Source of the DNA: a virus | Lineage: Duplodnaviria; Caudoviricetes | Length of the DNA stretch: 64,000 bases | IMG/VR virus record: IMGVR_UViG_2941446319_000002 | Coordinates: 4,485 to 68,484 of that record | Strand: one strand, 5' to 3' | In this document: positions 41,901 through 52,426 of the stretch, in pieces | Layout of the letters: every line of letters starts with the position of its first letter | How positions within the stretch are numbered: the stretch's first letter is position 1 | The notes under the pieces: model-generated | Seen by the model: the letters and a program-made list of their open reading frames with translations, nothing else | Told to the model about the DNA's origin: nothing | The model's database searches: none | Program-made: the position numbers and the translations under genes

Positions 41901-42364
41901 TGTGGCAGGCCACCTACAACGCCGCGTCGGAGATCTTGAACCACATTCGTAACTTGTTCCCGTTCTCGCCGGCCAAGGAGGGCCCGTTCTCGGGCAAGGG
42001 GTGGACGTTGCATTCGGGCCGCGCCATGATCTCGGCTCTGGCTGACGGCGTCCTGGCGGAGCAGGGTGCGCTGACCTCTGCCATGGATCAGGTGATGCGG
42101 GCGGGTGCGGATGCGCTGGCTCCGTCGCTGACGGTGCCCGGTCTGTCGGCGATGGTGGAGCCGACGTCGGCTCCCGGTTTCGCGGGGTCGTTCGGGGCTG
42201 TTGCGGCAGGGGCGGGCGCGTCGGCGGGCCGGTCGATTCAGGTGGAGAACCTCATCCTTCAGGGCGTGTTCGACCCCACGAATCCGGTCTCGTATCGGCG
42301 GATGGTGGAGCGGCTGCGCGAGGCGATCATCGAGTTGGAGCAGGAGGGGTACGTCAATGGCTGA
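38945..42364 (+). CDS. Tape measure protein
   Basis: 1139 aa Ala/Gly-rich, Trp-periodic repeats, RD..GRF motifs, FPFSPAKEGP. Confidence 0.95.
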   Translation: MAATPLAEAFVRVRALTDRFKDDVEKGFSGLGDDFGKQFSREASARLRNERGQFAGAGSEAGRAFGQAMATEGVLTFTRVQEYFPLARDLGEAAGEEAGEAFGRGLAEEGAVRFGEDGNTFVRAGREVGGDAGEAAGESFSSRFWRDANGRWRDERGRFVSEAEALGEAAGRGFSDGFDRGQGGGRGRGQRHGRDFGDGFSDGLAGALSRVGDLGRRALEAMLPSLGRLTAGFGGAASAAGGLLATVGKWTALAGGVAAVGAAAASAAGYVVALSAALAPLGGLLAALPGVALTGAAAFSVWRLATGGLGEAMGAALSGNAEALAAAMGKLSEGGVRFVSEFQQVIPLLKDFKAAAQDAFLSQIAGELAGWASAIGGLKPAVKDLASEFGGLVRTFFEFGTAQGTLVQLDGVLRDTHSLVGAIHSALEPLLQGFLDLGVVGSGWLASMSGGLQDVLVRFGQWMSRIAESGQALAWMDGALRVLKQLGALVKDVWDIFDGLMDAAREAGGDVLGVLGSLVDGFAKWVKSAEGQEVLVAVFRALNDIGSALLPVITALAGAIGVLAPIVAQLAELIGPILTTAVNALGPAIAQLGPGAIAVFTALGAAVQTLADSGALTEIAQAFAALLTALAPLLPALADLLVPILQGLAVLVTTAVAPALSTLVGWIQQAVTWITTAPLNDDHPLARFAAFVTDTLVPAVQTAWGHLSTAFTELAGWIEANRATFEAWGVKIAELYATAQTIWTTVSQLIGAVFTDISTWVSENQGKWTEWGDRIGSIATTVGDIVAGVWEFIKIAWDTFGGPLLDLIGGLFGAILQVIDGIMQAIKGVIETILGVITGDWERAWNGVKDIFGGIWEVIKGVLSGALEIIKFQISNALALVGDTWDGAWAKMERVVGDVWNAITSWIGRKVDEAGDIINRLSQIPGLVSDWFGQVRNAIVDRFNDAVNFIRGIPGMITGALGNLGGLLYGAGQSMMQGLIDGLYSMWQATYNAASEILNHIRNLFPFSPAKEGPFSGKGWTLHSGRAMISALADGVLAEQGALTSAMDQVMRAGADALAPSLTVPGLSAMVEPTSAPGFAGSFGAVAAGAGASAGRSIQVENLILQGVFDPTNPVSYRRMVERLREAIIELEQEGYVNG

Positions 42365-43541
42365 CCTGCAGCTCGGCCGGCTCACCCTGCGGGAAACGAT
42401 GCGCTTCACGGAGAGCGCCTACCAGGGGTGGAGCATGCACATCGAGGGCGTCGAGGTGTGCCCACTCCTCACCCGGGCGGAAACTTGGGACCGCTTCGAC
42501 GGTGTGCTCGGCGGGCAGGGCGGCCTCATTGCCGCCTTGTGGGAGGAAAAGAGCGAGCGCAACGGCTACTACACCGTCAGCTCGGCGTCGGGTGAAGTGC
42601 GGGACCGGAAACGCCAGGGCATCACCGAGATCGCCTGGAAAGTCTCACTCCAGCGGCACGGCCCTGACTCCGACGTCGACCTGGAGTCGCGGCTGCCCGG
42701 CGCGGCGCGGCTGAATGACTTCAGCCTGACGGGAGAGCGGTGGAGCGCGCCGAGCATTGGCCACTACGCCTACTTCACCGGCGCCACGATCCCATCGACG
42801 TTGACCCGGGCGACGACGGATGGCGACATCATCGTCTACCGCGGTGTGCCGGCCGATGTCAGCCCGCGGTGGGGCTGCCGGGTGGAGGACTACCTCCGCG
42901 GCCGGGTGCGCGTGTTGAACTCCGGCGTGGAGCGGGTGGGTGCGGCGCATCCGCTCGACGCCAGCCAGTGGGAACTCGGCAACGGTCTCGTCAGGGTGCG
43001 TCCGATGTCGTCCGGCGGCAGCATTGAGGTGGCCAGCTTCACGGGCGGGGCGTGGAGGCCGAAAGCCTGGTGGGTGGACATCGGCGGCACCCAGATCACC
43101 GCGTGGGACTCGGCCAGCGTGCTGCAGAACGACCTCGAACGGTGCACGATTCGCCTGGCTGTGCGCCGGTCGCCGGTGGGCCGCGCCTACCTCGACCTCA
43201 CTCTCCGGCGCGGAAGCCGCATCATCGAGGGCTACCTGCAGCGCGGTGACAGCGGCACCTTGTCGGTGTACCTGGCCAGCGCGGAGACGCTGACCGACTC
43301 GACCTCGTACGTGGTGCGCTCGACGAACGACGCCGACGGCAACCGGGTCGTCGCCGGGTCGGCGCGCAACTTCGACCCGCACGCCGACGGCGGCCTGACC
43401 CGCACCTTGAACACTGCCATGGACTTCTGGCTCGGCGTGGTCGCGGGCGGGGACAGCTCGGTGTCGGGCGACCAGGCGACGAACCTGCGGGATCAGTACA
43501 TCGGGGCACTCCCTGAGGTTGTCGCAGCGGTGAGGAGGTAG
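42357..43541 (+). CDS. Minor tail protein
   Basis: Coupled to tape measure. Confidence 0.8.
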   Translation: MADLQLGRLTLRETMRFTESAYQGWSMHIEGVEVCPLLTRAETWDRFDGVLGGQGGLIAALWEEKSERNGYYTVSSASGEVRDRKRQGITEIAWKVSLQRHGPDSDVDLESRLPGAARLNDFSLTGERWSAPSIGHYAYFTGATIPSTLTRATTDGDIIVYRGVPADVSPRWGCRVEDYLRGRVRVLNSGVERVGAAHPLDASQWELGNGLVRVRPMSSGGSIEVASFTGGAWRPKAWWVDIGGTQITAWDSASVLQNDLERCTIRLAVRRSPVGRAYLDLTLRRGSRIIEGYLQRGDSGTLSVYLASAETLTDSTSYVVRSTNDADGNRVVAGSARNFDPHADGGLTRTLNTAMDFWLGVVAGGDSSVSGDQATNLRDQYIGALPEVVAAVRR

Positions 43542-43543
43542 CG

Positions 43544-46300
43544 GTGCCGGTCAACGAGAAGCTCATGGAGCTCGGAAGCTGGAGCTTCGAGCTGGTCGAC
43601 GAGACCCCGAAGACGGTCCTCGACCAGATCGGCTACTTCGGCCACGTCGCCTTCGTGCCCGGCAAGCTGAACCCGGCGGAGTACGGCGACGAGCTGCTCG
43701 ACATGGCCCGGTACGTCGGGGTCGTGATGGGCAAGAGCGTCGACCACCTGCGCAAAGTGGTCAGCGGGCAGGGCATGTCGCTGTGGCTGGCCGACAGCGA
43801 CGGCAAGGGCGACCTGATCGAGACGCCCATCCAGATCACCGGGCAGACGTTCGCCAACGCGATCCGAGCCATCCTCGGATCGGGCACGGCGGTCGTCGAG
43901 GGCACGCTGCACAGCGGCGTCGCCGGGACGTACACCGGCCGGCACGTCTACCAGTCGCGGCACAAAGCGATCAACTTCATCTGCACCACGATGGGCGCGG
44001 AGTGGCGGGTCAACGGCCGGGGAGAGCTGGATGCTGGCCTGACCACGTCGTTGTACAACGAGACGCCGGACACGGTGATCGTGCGACGCCGGCCGAACCG
44101 ACACACGGACGGCGATGATCTCTCGCTGCATGGGCTGCGCGGGGATATGGGCGTGGCCAGTGACGTCAAGGATTGGACGGACAGAGTCGTCCTGCTTGCC
44201 GAGGGCGAGGGGAATGCGATCGCGACGGCGAGCGCGGACAACCCCGATAATCCGTACCTTGACCTGCGCGGGCAGCCGATCCATCGAACTAGGGTGATCT
44301 CGGAGTCGACCACCGCGCCGGGGAACGCGGCGGCCAGGGCCGAGTACCAGCTCGCCAAGTACGTCACGCCTCGGTCGGCGCTCACACTGACGACGGACGA
44401 TTACGACGTCAGCGGGGCGTTTGCGGTCGGCGACTGGGCGTGGATTTACAACGTCGCCGCTGGCCTCGTGGACACGCAGAACGAGATCACGTTCCGGGGC
44501 GAGCGGATCAATCCCATCCGCATGCGGATGGTGGGCGCGTCGTGGCCAATCCGTCGTGGCATGACGGTCGCCTACCGGGGCCAGGATGGCTCGTGGCTGG
44601 ATTTGACGCCGTATGTGGTGTGGGAGGGCGGGGAAACCACGGTGACCGTGGGCGACCTGCTGAGGGCACTCTCTGATGGCAGTGTGGAGCCGGTGGGGCC
44701 CAGGCCGATCCCGGATTCGACGATCCCCGGCGTGGTGTCGTGGTCGCTGCCGTTCGAGTCGGGTGTCTACCTGGCCGCTGACGGCACTACCAGGGCGAAG
44801 ATGCTGGTCAAGTGGGATCTGCCGTTGAACGTGGACGGCTCCACGATCCTTGACGGCGACCATTACGAGATCGGCTACGGGGTATCCCCGGTTGCGGTAG
44901 ACGAGTGGCAGACCGCCTACGCCCCGTGGGGTGACCTGCAGGCGATGGTGAACGACCTGTCGCCCGGGGTGGACTACGACTTCCGGATCCGCGCGGTCGA
45001 CTCCAGCAACAACCAGGGCGCCTGGTCGGCGACGCAGACGGAGCAGACGAACGCCGACACGATCGCGCCCAGCACTCCGGCGCCGCCGACGGTGGCCGGG
45101 TCGCTGATCGCGATCCAGATCACGCACACGCTGGGCATGGCCAGCGGTGGCGAGTGGAATCTGGAGCTCGACCTGCACCACCTGGAAGTGCACGTCGGCG
45201 CGACGAACACCTTCACGGCGGACGAGACGACCCTCAAGGGGGCGGTGTCCGCTCACGCGGGCATGATCGCGGCGCAGATCCCAGCGGTGGGCACGGTGCC
45301 CGTGGCCGAGACGACCGCGCGATGGGTGCGCGTGATCGCCGTGGACGAGGCTGGCAACCGGAGCGCTGCGAGTGCGGCGGTGACGGCGACGGCGGTGCTG
45401 ATCGACGATGCGCACATCTCCGACCTGACCGTCACCAAGGTCACGGCGGGCACGGTCAGCGCGAACTGGCTGCTCGGCGCCTCCATTCGCACGGCGAACT
45501 CAGGGCAGCGGGTGGAGCTCAACCAGACCGGCCTGCACGGCTACAACAGCGGCGGAACCGAACTCGTCTCCCTGCTCAACACCGGCAGCTTCACCCTGCG
45601 CAGCGCCACGACGGGGGCGCGCGTCGAACTCGACAACTCCGGCTTCCGCGCCTACAACAGCTCATCCCAGCAGACCGTCGACATCGCCTCATCCACCGGC
45701 AACGTCACCATCGTCGGCCAGCTCAGCAGCGCCTTCTCCGGCCGCCGCATCATCTTCAACCCGTCCGGCACCACCGACCCTGAGATCAGGTTCCTGTCCA
45801 CCATCGGGACGATCGCCACCAGCGCCCGCATCATGCTGGCCAACAGCGACAGCGACTGGACCTTTTTCAAGATCGAAGGCCCGACGGCGGGTGGATCGCC
45901 AGCTCAACTGCACCTCAGCCATGGTACAGGTGTCGGGTTCACACGGCTGGGAGAGGACAGCGCAGCCGACTCGTACGACGAGGGGCAGTTCATCGGGCTC
46001 GGCAACTCTTACAGCGACCGGCGGATCTGGTTCAGCGGACGCATCAAACCCGCCAATGACTCCGGGGTTCCCTTTGGTCACAGCGCCGTCATCCCCGGCT
46101 CGGTGGACGTCGACGGCACAGCTTTCACGATCTTTGACGGGTACTACGCAGGAGATCCCATGTACGCGATGTTCACCCCCACAGCCGGTAACGCTGTCGG
46201 CCACGCGGTGACCTCGAACGGCTCGTCGAGTTTCAGCGGCATAGTGTCGGTGGGGCTGTCCGGATCCGACCGGGTCACCTACTGGAACATCAGGTTGTGA
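43544..46300 (+). CDS. Tail tip / central fibre protein with FN3-like domains
   Basis: 918 aa; LSPGVDYDFRIRAVD..N...WS, VRVIAVDEAGNRS; lower-GC C-terminus. Confidence 0.85.
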   Translation: MPVNEKLMELGSWSFELVDETPKTVLDQIGYFGHVAFVPGKLNPAEYGDELLDMARYVGVVMGKSVDHLRKVVSGQGMSLWLADSDGKGDLIETPIQITGQTFANAIRAILGSGTAVVEGTLHSGVAGTYTGRHVYQSRHKAINFICTTMGAEWRVNGRGELDAGLTTSLYNETPDTVIVRRRPNRHTDGDDLSLHGLRGDMGVASDVKDWTDRVVLLAEGEGNAIATASADNPDNPYLDLRGQPIHRTRVISESTTAPGNAAARAEYQLAKYVTPRSALTLTTDDYDVSGAFAVGDWAWIYNVAAGLVDTQNEITFRGERINPIRMRMVGASWPIRRGMTVAYRGQDGSWLDLTPYVVWEGGETTVTVGDLLRALSDGSVEPVGPRPIPDSTIPGVVSWSLPFESGVYLAADGTTRAKMLVKWDLPLNVDGSTILDGDHYEIGYGVSPVAVDEWQTAYAPWGDLQAMVNDLSPGVDYDFRIRAVDSSNNQGAWSATQTEQTNADTIAPSTPAPPTVAGSLIAIQITHTLGMASGGEWNLELDLHHLEVHVGATNTFTADETTLKGAVSAHAGMIAAQIPAVGTVPVAETTARWVRVIAVDEAGNRSAASAAVTATAVLIDDAHISDLTVTKVTAGTVSANWLLGASIRTANSGQRVELNQTGLHGYNSGGTELVSLLNTGSFTLRSATTGARVELDNSGFRAYNSSSQQTVDIASSTGNVTIVGQLSSAFSGRRIIFNPSGTTDPEIRFLSTIGTIATSARIMLANSDSDWTFFKIEGPTAGGSPAQLHLSHGTGVGFTRLGEDSAADSYDEGQFIGLGNSYSDRRIWFSGRIKPANDSGVPFGHSAVIPGSVDVDGTAFTIFDGYYAGDPMYAMFTPTAGNAVGHAVTSNGSSSFSGIVSVGLSGSDRVTYWNIRL

Positions 46301-47078
46301 CCATGTCCGACTGGAGCATCATCCGCATCAAGGACGACGCCGCCGCGAAAGGGAGCGAACGCTGGACGATCGTCTACTCGGTGCCGGTCGAATACGCGCC
46401 CGATGGGGTGTTCTCGTTCTCGATCCCGAAGAACTCCCTGAACAGCGTGGCGGCCGCGTTCGAGTACGACATCGAAGACCACGACCAGGCGGACGCCATG
46501 TTCGATCATCTGATGACGTACCCGATGCTGACCGCGCCGGTGATCGGCGAGCCTGATGCGGGCGGGTTCGGCGCGCTGATGCGCTCCGGCTCTGCGACCG
46601 CCAGGCCGTTGGCCGGCGCGAAGGCTGCGGTGGATGGAACGAACCTGTACGCGCGCGATCCCGCCGAGCTGCGGGAGAGCATCATGGCGGGCATCGGCGA
46701 AATGAAGGCGGGGCTGGCCCGGCTCCAGCCTGCAGAGAAGGTGGAGCTGCACGAGGCTGGCCGGTTCGTCGCCATGGCGGACACGTCGGAGAACCCGAAA
46801 TACCTGGTGATGCAGGACATGATGTCGCGGCTACTGCCCGGCAACATCGAAAAAGGCCGCGAGTTCCACCGCAGCAAGCGGGCGGCCCTCACGGGGAGGC
46901 GATGATGGACGGTCAGCGATGGTCGGTGCCGACGGATGCGGTGCTGGCGAAGGTGGAGGAGCAGCGCAACAGTCTGCTCACCGAGAACGCCACGCTGGCG
47001 GTGCTGGTCGACCAGCTCATGGCCGAACGCGACCAGGCGCTCGCCGACCTGGAGAAGCTCCGCGCCGACGCCAGCTAG
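46297..47078 (+). CDS. Two tail-associated genes (46297-46905; coiled-coil 46902-47078)
   Basis: Coupled; second reads MMDGQRWSVPTDAVLAKVEEQRNSLLTENATL. Confidence 0.65.
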
Positions 47079-47080
47079 AT

Positions 47081-47296
47081 CTACCGGTAGTAGTAGGTGG
47101 TCTTCCGCTTCTTCCGGAACACCATCCGGAACAGCCACCACGGCAGCCAGACGAAGATCCCCCACACCCCGCACGTGCACACCGTCAACAGCAGATGCGT
47201 CGCATGCGACATCCCGGACAGGCCCCGCTGCTTGTGCACCGCCTTCACCTTGCGCGGCATCTGCGGCTGGCGGGGATCCGGCGGCGGGTAACCCAT
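47081..47296 (-). CDS. Small antisense membrane protein (moron-like)
   Basis: SD aggag; HLLLTVCTCGVWGIFVWLPWW then basic tail. Confidence 0.7.
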   Translation of the reverse strand: MGYPPPDPRQPQMPRKVKAVHKQRGLSGMSHATHLLLTVCTCGVWGIFVWLPWWLFRMVFRKKRKTTYYYR

Positions 47297-47448
47297 TGCA
47301 ACTCCTGACGTCGGTGACCGTGTGAGACGCCCCAAGCATCCCCCCGGATGACAGCCCCCGCATGTCCACATCCGGACACCCCTTGATCGTGCCGCCCGCC
47401 GCTTGAGGGTGCCGGCGGGCGGCACACCCTTCCACGGCGAGGAGTGAC

Positions 47449-47769
47449 GTGACCGATGCCCCATCCCCGGGCGAGCTCTCCCGCCGGATCGACCAGGTGA
47501 CCATGTCACTGACACAACTCGTCCAAAGGACCGAATACACGGCAGACCGGCGCTACGACGACCGGCGGATCAGCGAAGTCGAGGCGGACGTGGCCGAAGT
47601 GCGCCGCAGCCTGGCCGACGAAATCAAGGCGCTGCGGGCCAGCATCGAAAACGCGACAGAGAAGCGCGGCACCAACATGCGGCAGGCCATCTACACAGGC
47701 ATCCTGCCCGCCGTCTTGGTCCTGCTCGGCATCGTGGTGCAGATCTGGCTCGCCAGGCAGGGGTCGTGA
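47449..47769 (+). CDS. Coiled-coil protein with C-terminal TM (lysis cassette)
   Basis: SD gaggag; [17 protein letters not shown]. Confidence 0.75.
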   Translation: MTDAPSPGELSRRIDQVTMSLTQLVQRTEYTADRRYDDRRISEVEADVAEVRRSLADEIKALRASIENATEKRGTNMRQAIYTGILPAVLVLLGIVVQIWLARQGS

Positions 47770-48374
47770 TGGGCGAGCATGTGCGGCGGATTCGCCGCAA
47801 CTGGGTGCTCGTGGCCGCGGCTGGCGTGATCGGCGTTCTGGTCGTGTTCATCTCGATCCAGATTCACGCCCTCGGGGAGCAGCTGCGCAAAGCCGAGGAG
47901 GACAGTCACGTCCTGGCCGATCAGGTGGAGCGGCTGGGCGGGACGCCGCTGGTGTCGCCCGCGCCTGGCCCGACTGGGGCGCGTGGACCTGGCGGTTTAC
48001 CTGGACCGCAGGGTGAGCCCGGCCCGGCAGGTCCTGCCGGGAGGGACGGTGCTCCAGGCCCAACCGGCGAGCCGGGTAGGGATGGCGCGCCGGGCCCCAC
48101 GGGGCCGCCCGGGGCGCAGGGAAGCCCAGGCCCCAGGGGCGAGCCGGGAGAGACGGTCACTGGTCCGCCCGGCCCGAAGGGCGACAAGGGCGCAGACGGT
48201 GGCGACGGTAAAGACGGGGCCGCCGGGCTGAAGGGTGAACAGGGCGACCCGGGGCCGCGCGGCGAACCCGGCCCGCCACCCGCCTCCTGGACGTTCACCC
48301 ACCTCGGCATCACCTACCGGTGCGCGCCAACAGAGCCAGAATCCACCATCTACACCTGTGAGCCGGGAGGCTGA
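47769..48374 (+). CDS. Membrane-anchored collagen-like protein
   Basis: N-terminal TM, more than 30 Gly-X-Y triplets, WTFT..YRC..YTC end. Confidence 0.85.
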   Translation: MGEHVRRIRRNWVLVAAAGVIGVLVVFISIQIHALGEQLRKAEEDSHVLADQVERLGGTPLVSPAPGPTGARGPGGLPGPQGEPGPAGPAGRDGAPGPTGEPGRDGAPGPTGPPGAQGSPGPRGEPGETVTGPPGPKGDKGADGGDGKDGAAGLKGEQGDPGPRGEPGPPPASWTFTHLGITYRCAPTEPESTIYTCEPGG

Positions 48375-48377
48375 CAA

Positions 48378-49079
48378 ATGCAGCTTGTGAAGCGTGCCGC
48401 GTTCGGCTGGGGCACGACAGGGGCCGCCTACGCGAAACCCCGGCAAGGGCTGGTCATCCACTACGACGGGTCCGACCAGAACCTGGCCGGGAAGCCGCAC
48501 GCCTCGTGTGTGGACTACTGGCAGCGGACCCGCAAATTCCACACCGGGTCGAACCGGCAGTGGGTCGACATCGGATACAGCTTCGGGGCGTGCCCGCACG
48601 GGTTCGTGTTCGAGGGCCGCGGCGAGAATCACGCCCAGGCCGCCCAGCCGGGCGGGAACACCACCTGGTACAGCGTGACGCTCATGTCGGGTCCGGGCGA
48701 GAAGCCGACGCCGCCGCAGATTGAGGCGGTGCGCGAGCTGCGGGCGTATCTGATGGGCCGCGGACTCGGCGCCGCGGTGAAAGGCCACCGCGACTTTTAC
48801 AGCACCTCCTGCCCCGGGGACAGCCTGTACCGGCTCGTCAAGGACGGCACCTTCACCAAGAGCCCGAGCGGCTCCAACATCATCGAGGAGGACGACGTGG
48901 ACGTTAACGCTGTCTGGCATGACGCCCGGATCAAGATGAACAAGGGCGAGAAGACCGAGTCGGAGCGTTCGCCGGCCTCCGTCCTGCAGGAGCTGGAGAC
49001 GGAGCAGGACCGCATCAAGTCCCGCCTCGACGAGCTGGGCGGGAAGCTGGACGAGGTTCTCGCCGAGCTCCGTAAGTGA
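48378..49079 (+). CDS. Endolysin, amidase_2/PGRP-like
   Basis: LVIHYDG, WVDIGYSF, VFEGRG, KGHRDFYSTSCPGD. Confidence 0.92.
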   Translation: MQLVKRAAFGWGTTGAAYAKPRQGLVIHYDGSDQNLAGKPHASCVDYWQRTRKFHTGSNRQWVDIGYSFGACPHGFVFEGRGENHAQAAQPGGNTTWYSVTLMSGPGEKPTPPQIEAVRELRAYLMGRGLGAAVKGHRDFYSTSCPGDSLYRLVKDGTFTKSPSGSNIIEEDDVDVNAVWHDARIKMNKGEKTESERSPASVLQELETEQDRIKSRLDELGGKLDEVLAELRK

Positions 49080-49290
49080 CGCGTTTCTGGCTGCAGTACT
49101 GGCCGTATCAGACGTGGCTGCCGCAGCATCCCGAGCCTGCCGAGGAGCTGCCCGAAGACGGGCGTATCCCGGGCCTCATCGACGAATCCAACTGACCGGC
49201 CTGGGGCCGCTCTTCCTGAGCGCGATCCCTGGTCTTGGGCGGGCTACGGCTTGCCCTTTCTCATGTCCCCCATCCTGAGGAGCATCCTCA

Positions 49291-49854
49291 ATGCGCATCA
49301 ACAAGTCCGCGACCCTGGCCGCCGCGGTCCTGACGGCCGCCGTCCTGACAAGCGGCACCCCGACGTCGGCCTCCGCAGAGATCGCGAATCTGAGTATCAC
49401 CGCGATCAACTACAACTCTTACGGCGCGGACACCGTGACGAACAACACCGAGTACGTCGAGGTCAAGAACGTCCACGCCACCGACGCGGTCAACGTCAAG
49501 GACCTGCTCGTCCAGGACGCGTGGGCGCGAGGCCGCGACAAGACCACCGGCTGCAACACCTTCCGCCTCGCCGCCGGAGTCCTGCCTGTGGCTGCTGGCG
49601 GGAACGCCGACGAGCTTCCCGCGGGCGCCGTGCTGCGACTCCACATGGGTGCGGGCACGCCGGCCATCGACCGGTGGGGCATCCGGCACGTCTACCGGGC
49701 CATGCCTGCCGTCTGCGGCTACAACAGCAACGTCTTCAACAACAGCGGGCCCAAGAACAACCGGTTCGCCGAGTGGGACCGCGTCTGGGTCACCCTCGGC
49801 AGCGACGTCGAGTTCAAGGGCTACAACTTCTCGTTCGGCTACGTCGCCCGATAG
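49291..49854 (+). CDS. Secreted lamin-tail-domain-like protein
   Basis: Signal peptide ending ASA; ITAINYNSYGAD..NTEYVEVKN..VNVKD; VFNNSG. Confidence 0.75.
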   Translation: MRINKSATLAAAVLTAAVLTSGTPTSASAEIANLSITAINYNSYGADTVTNNTEYVEVKNVHATDAVNVKDLLVQDAWARGRDKTTGCNTFRLAAGVLPVAAGGNADELPAGAVLRLHMGAGTPAIDRWGIRHVYRAMPAVCGYNSNVFNNSGPKNNRFAEWDRVWVTLGSDVEFKGYNFSFGYVAR

Positions 49855-49908
49855 CCCCCCTGTTTTCCGCCCCCACCCGAGGGGCGGCGAGTCCCTGAGG
49901 AGGGGCGC

Positions 49909-50274
49909 ATGCAGGTCAAACTGTTCGGCCGCGAGCCCGCGGTCATCCTGTACGTCATCAACGCCGTCGTGGCGTTTCTGGCCACCGTTCCGGCGGTCGG
50001 CCTCACCGCGGAATCGTCCGGCTGGGTGATGACCATCGCCAACGGCGTCGTCGCCCTGCTGGTCGCCATGCTGACCCGTCCGTTCGTCGTGTCCGCCCTG
50101 ACCGGCGCCATCTCGACGGTGTTGACCGGGCTGGCGGCGTTCGGGCTGCCGTTCACGGAGCAGCAGACGGGCGCGTTTGTGATGGTCGTGTCGGCGGTGC
50201 TCGGCCTGGTGTTGCGGGCGAACGTGTCGCCTTCGCCGGCGACGTCGGAGTATCCGCCTGGCACGCACGCTTAA
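49909..50274 (+). CDS. Holin
   Basis: KLFGREPA start, four TM helices, RANVSP end. Confidence 0.85.
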   Translation: MQVKLFGREPAVILYVINAVVAFLATVPAVGLTAESSGWVMTIANGVVALLVAMLTRPFVVSALTGAISTVLTGLAAFGLPFTEQQTGAFVMVVSAVLGLVLRANVSPSPATSEYPPGTHA

Positions 50275-50378
50275 GGTCGTCCCGTCTGCGGCTCTGTCGT
50301 GGGCGGGCGCGGGGCGGCTGGTTGCTCGGGACTTCCGGCCGCCCCGACAAACCGTCTGCTGAGTCCCGGCGCGTGAAA

Positions 50379-50415
50379 GCCCGTCCTCCCTGGTGGGAGG
50401 ACGGGCCGTTTTGTT
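50379..50415 (+). terminator. Intrinsic terminator of late operon
   Basis: gcccgtcctccc-tggt-gggaggacgggc then cgttttgtt. Confidence 0.8.
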
Positions 50416-50481
50416 GTGCGCGCCTATCCTGATGTGTGGGAGCCCCGGCCCGTGGGGAAGCGTGGCCGGGGCTCTCTCCTG

Positions 50482-52426
50482 CTAACTGGCCGGCGCCTCG
50501 TCGGCCTGCCAGTACGTCTCGTCCAGGTAGGAGACGACCGTCAGCCGGCCGCCGTGGTCCTCGGCGTTGTGTTGCTCGGCGGATGCGCGGGCGGCCTGGT
50601 CGCTGCGGTAGTGGCTGGCGGTCCACCTGCAGCCGCCGCACCGCCAGGCGCGGTCGTAGCGGTGCGGGTTGGCCCACACGTCGATGCCGTGCCCCCACAC
50701 CACCATCCCGGCCGGGATGGTCACGGTGGCGGCCGTCACTCGTCGTCGGGCTCCAGGCCGAGCGTGCGGGGGTTCTTCCTCCGCTCGGCTTCGGCCTCCA
50801 TCTGCGGCTTGACGCCACGGCGGAGCAGCTCTCCGAGCAGCAGGGCCTTGCTGTCCGTCTTCGTCGTGTCCTTCACGCTGTATCCCTTCGTCGGTGCCGG
50901 GGCCTTGCCGCCCCCGGAGTCCCGCCCGACGGCTGCCGGGCGGGCGCAACGTCAGCGGCTTCTGGAGACGCGGCCGAGCCGCTCCCGCCAGGCCACCTCG
51001 TCCACGTGGTCGCGGTTGGCCTCCTGGTCCCGCTCGCGGTCGGCGTCCCGCTCCTCGTCGGTCCTGTCATCGATCGGCAGTGCGTCCATGTCGCTCCTCT
51101 CGTCGGGGGCCGGTCGCCCCGGGCACCCCACCCGACGTGGGCCGGATGGAGCGCCCCGGACGGCCGGGTCAGCGGGGCGCGACAGGCCGGCGTGCGTGGT
51201 ATTCGAGGTCGAGGTCTGCGGCGGGTACGGCCCGGCGGCAGGTCGAGCACCGGAAGATGATCGGGCCCTCGTCGAGCGCGGTCGTGCAGCGCGGGCAGCG
51301 GCGGTTCACCGGGACCGCTCCCGGGCGACCGCGCGGCCGACGCGGGGCAGCTTCGCTTCCGCGTCCCGGATCCGCTTCTGGCTCGCCTGGTTGCGCGGGT
51401 CGTCCTCGCTCTCCACGTGTGGCGCGTCCCGCAGCGCGGCGGTGAGCTCGTCGCGGTCGGCCTTGTCGCCGAGCAGCTTGCGCATGCCGTTCTCCTTCTC
51501 GTCGTTTGGTGGAGCTGGCTGCTCCGGCCGTCCGCCCGACGCCCCTCATGCCGGGCGGACAACCGCAACGTCAGCGCTCCCTGCCCTCGCCCTTACGACC
51601 GGGAAGGGGCTCGCCGAGCATGGCGAGTAGCGCGGTTCCCGCTCTCTTCTGCGCGGCCACGCGAACCGGCGACCATTCCGGCCGGTGGGCGTTGTTCGCG
51701 ACTTCGGACAGGCTGTCGAGGTACTCCTGCTGCTGCTTGTTCGATGCCATGTCGTGCTCCTTTCGCGTGGAGCGCTCTGCTCCGGACACCCCGCCCGTTC
51801 AGGCGGGCGGGGATCCGCAACCTCAGCGCCGGTGTCGGCCGGACCCTTCGCAGTCGGTGCAGATGACGGCGACGAGACGGCCACGGATGGGCTGCTGGAA
51901 CCGGCCGGTCCCACCGCAGTCCCCGCACAAGCCCTGGGCGCGGGCCTCGGACGGGCCGAGGTTGCTGTTCCGCCACGCGGCCGGCCGCACTGACCCCGTC
52001 ACGCCGAACCCCGATCGGACCCCACGCCCCCGAGCGGGTCGCGGCGGCGGTCACGGGCGAGCAGCCAGATCGAGCCGATGGCCAGCACCGCCTCGCCGAG
52101 CAGCGCCAGCCCGGCCAGGGCGCGCTGGTCGGCGAGCAGCAGCCACATCGTGAGCAGCGTCCCGCCGCAGATGGCGGTGGCGAGGGCGGCGAGCTTCAGG
52201 AAGACGGCCATCAGAACGACCCCCGAGCCTTGCGGGCGGCGTCCTTGATCCGCCGCTTGGCGTCACGCTCGCCGCGCTGCCTGACAAGTTCGGCCTGGGC
52301 CTTGCGCTGCTCGTCGCGGCTGACACCGAACCCGTTCGCCGTGTGGGCGAGCTGGTTGAGGTGGTTGGTGTTGCGCGCCTGCCCCTTGGCGCGGGCCAGC
52401 TTCTCGGGGCTCATCCGGTCGAACAT
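50482..52426 (-). CDS. Array of nine micro-genes (50482-50739, 50736-50876, 50952-51089, 51169-51309, 51306-51485, 51571-51750, 51823-52002, 51999-52211, 52211-52426)
   Basis: SD motifs or coupled starts; three have CxxC motifs, one has two TMs. Confidence 0.65.

Noticed and set aside
43493-45415. Long antisense or alternate-frame ORFs (also 31804-33339, 23403-24971, 14037-15329)
   Set aside because: Shadow ORFs expected in high-GC DNA opposite clear genes; no motifs
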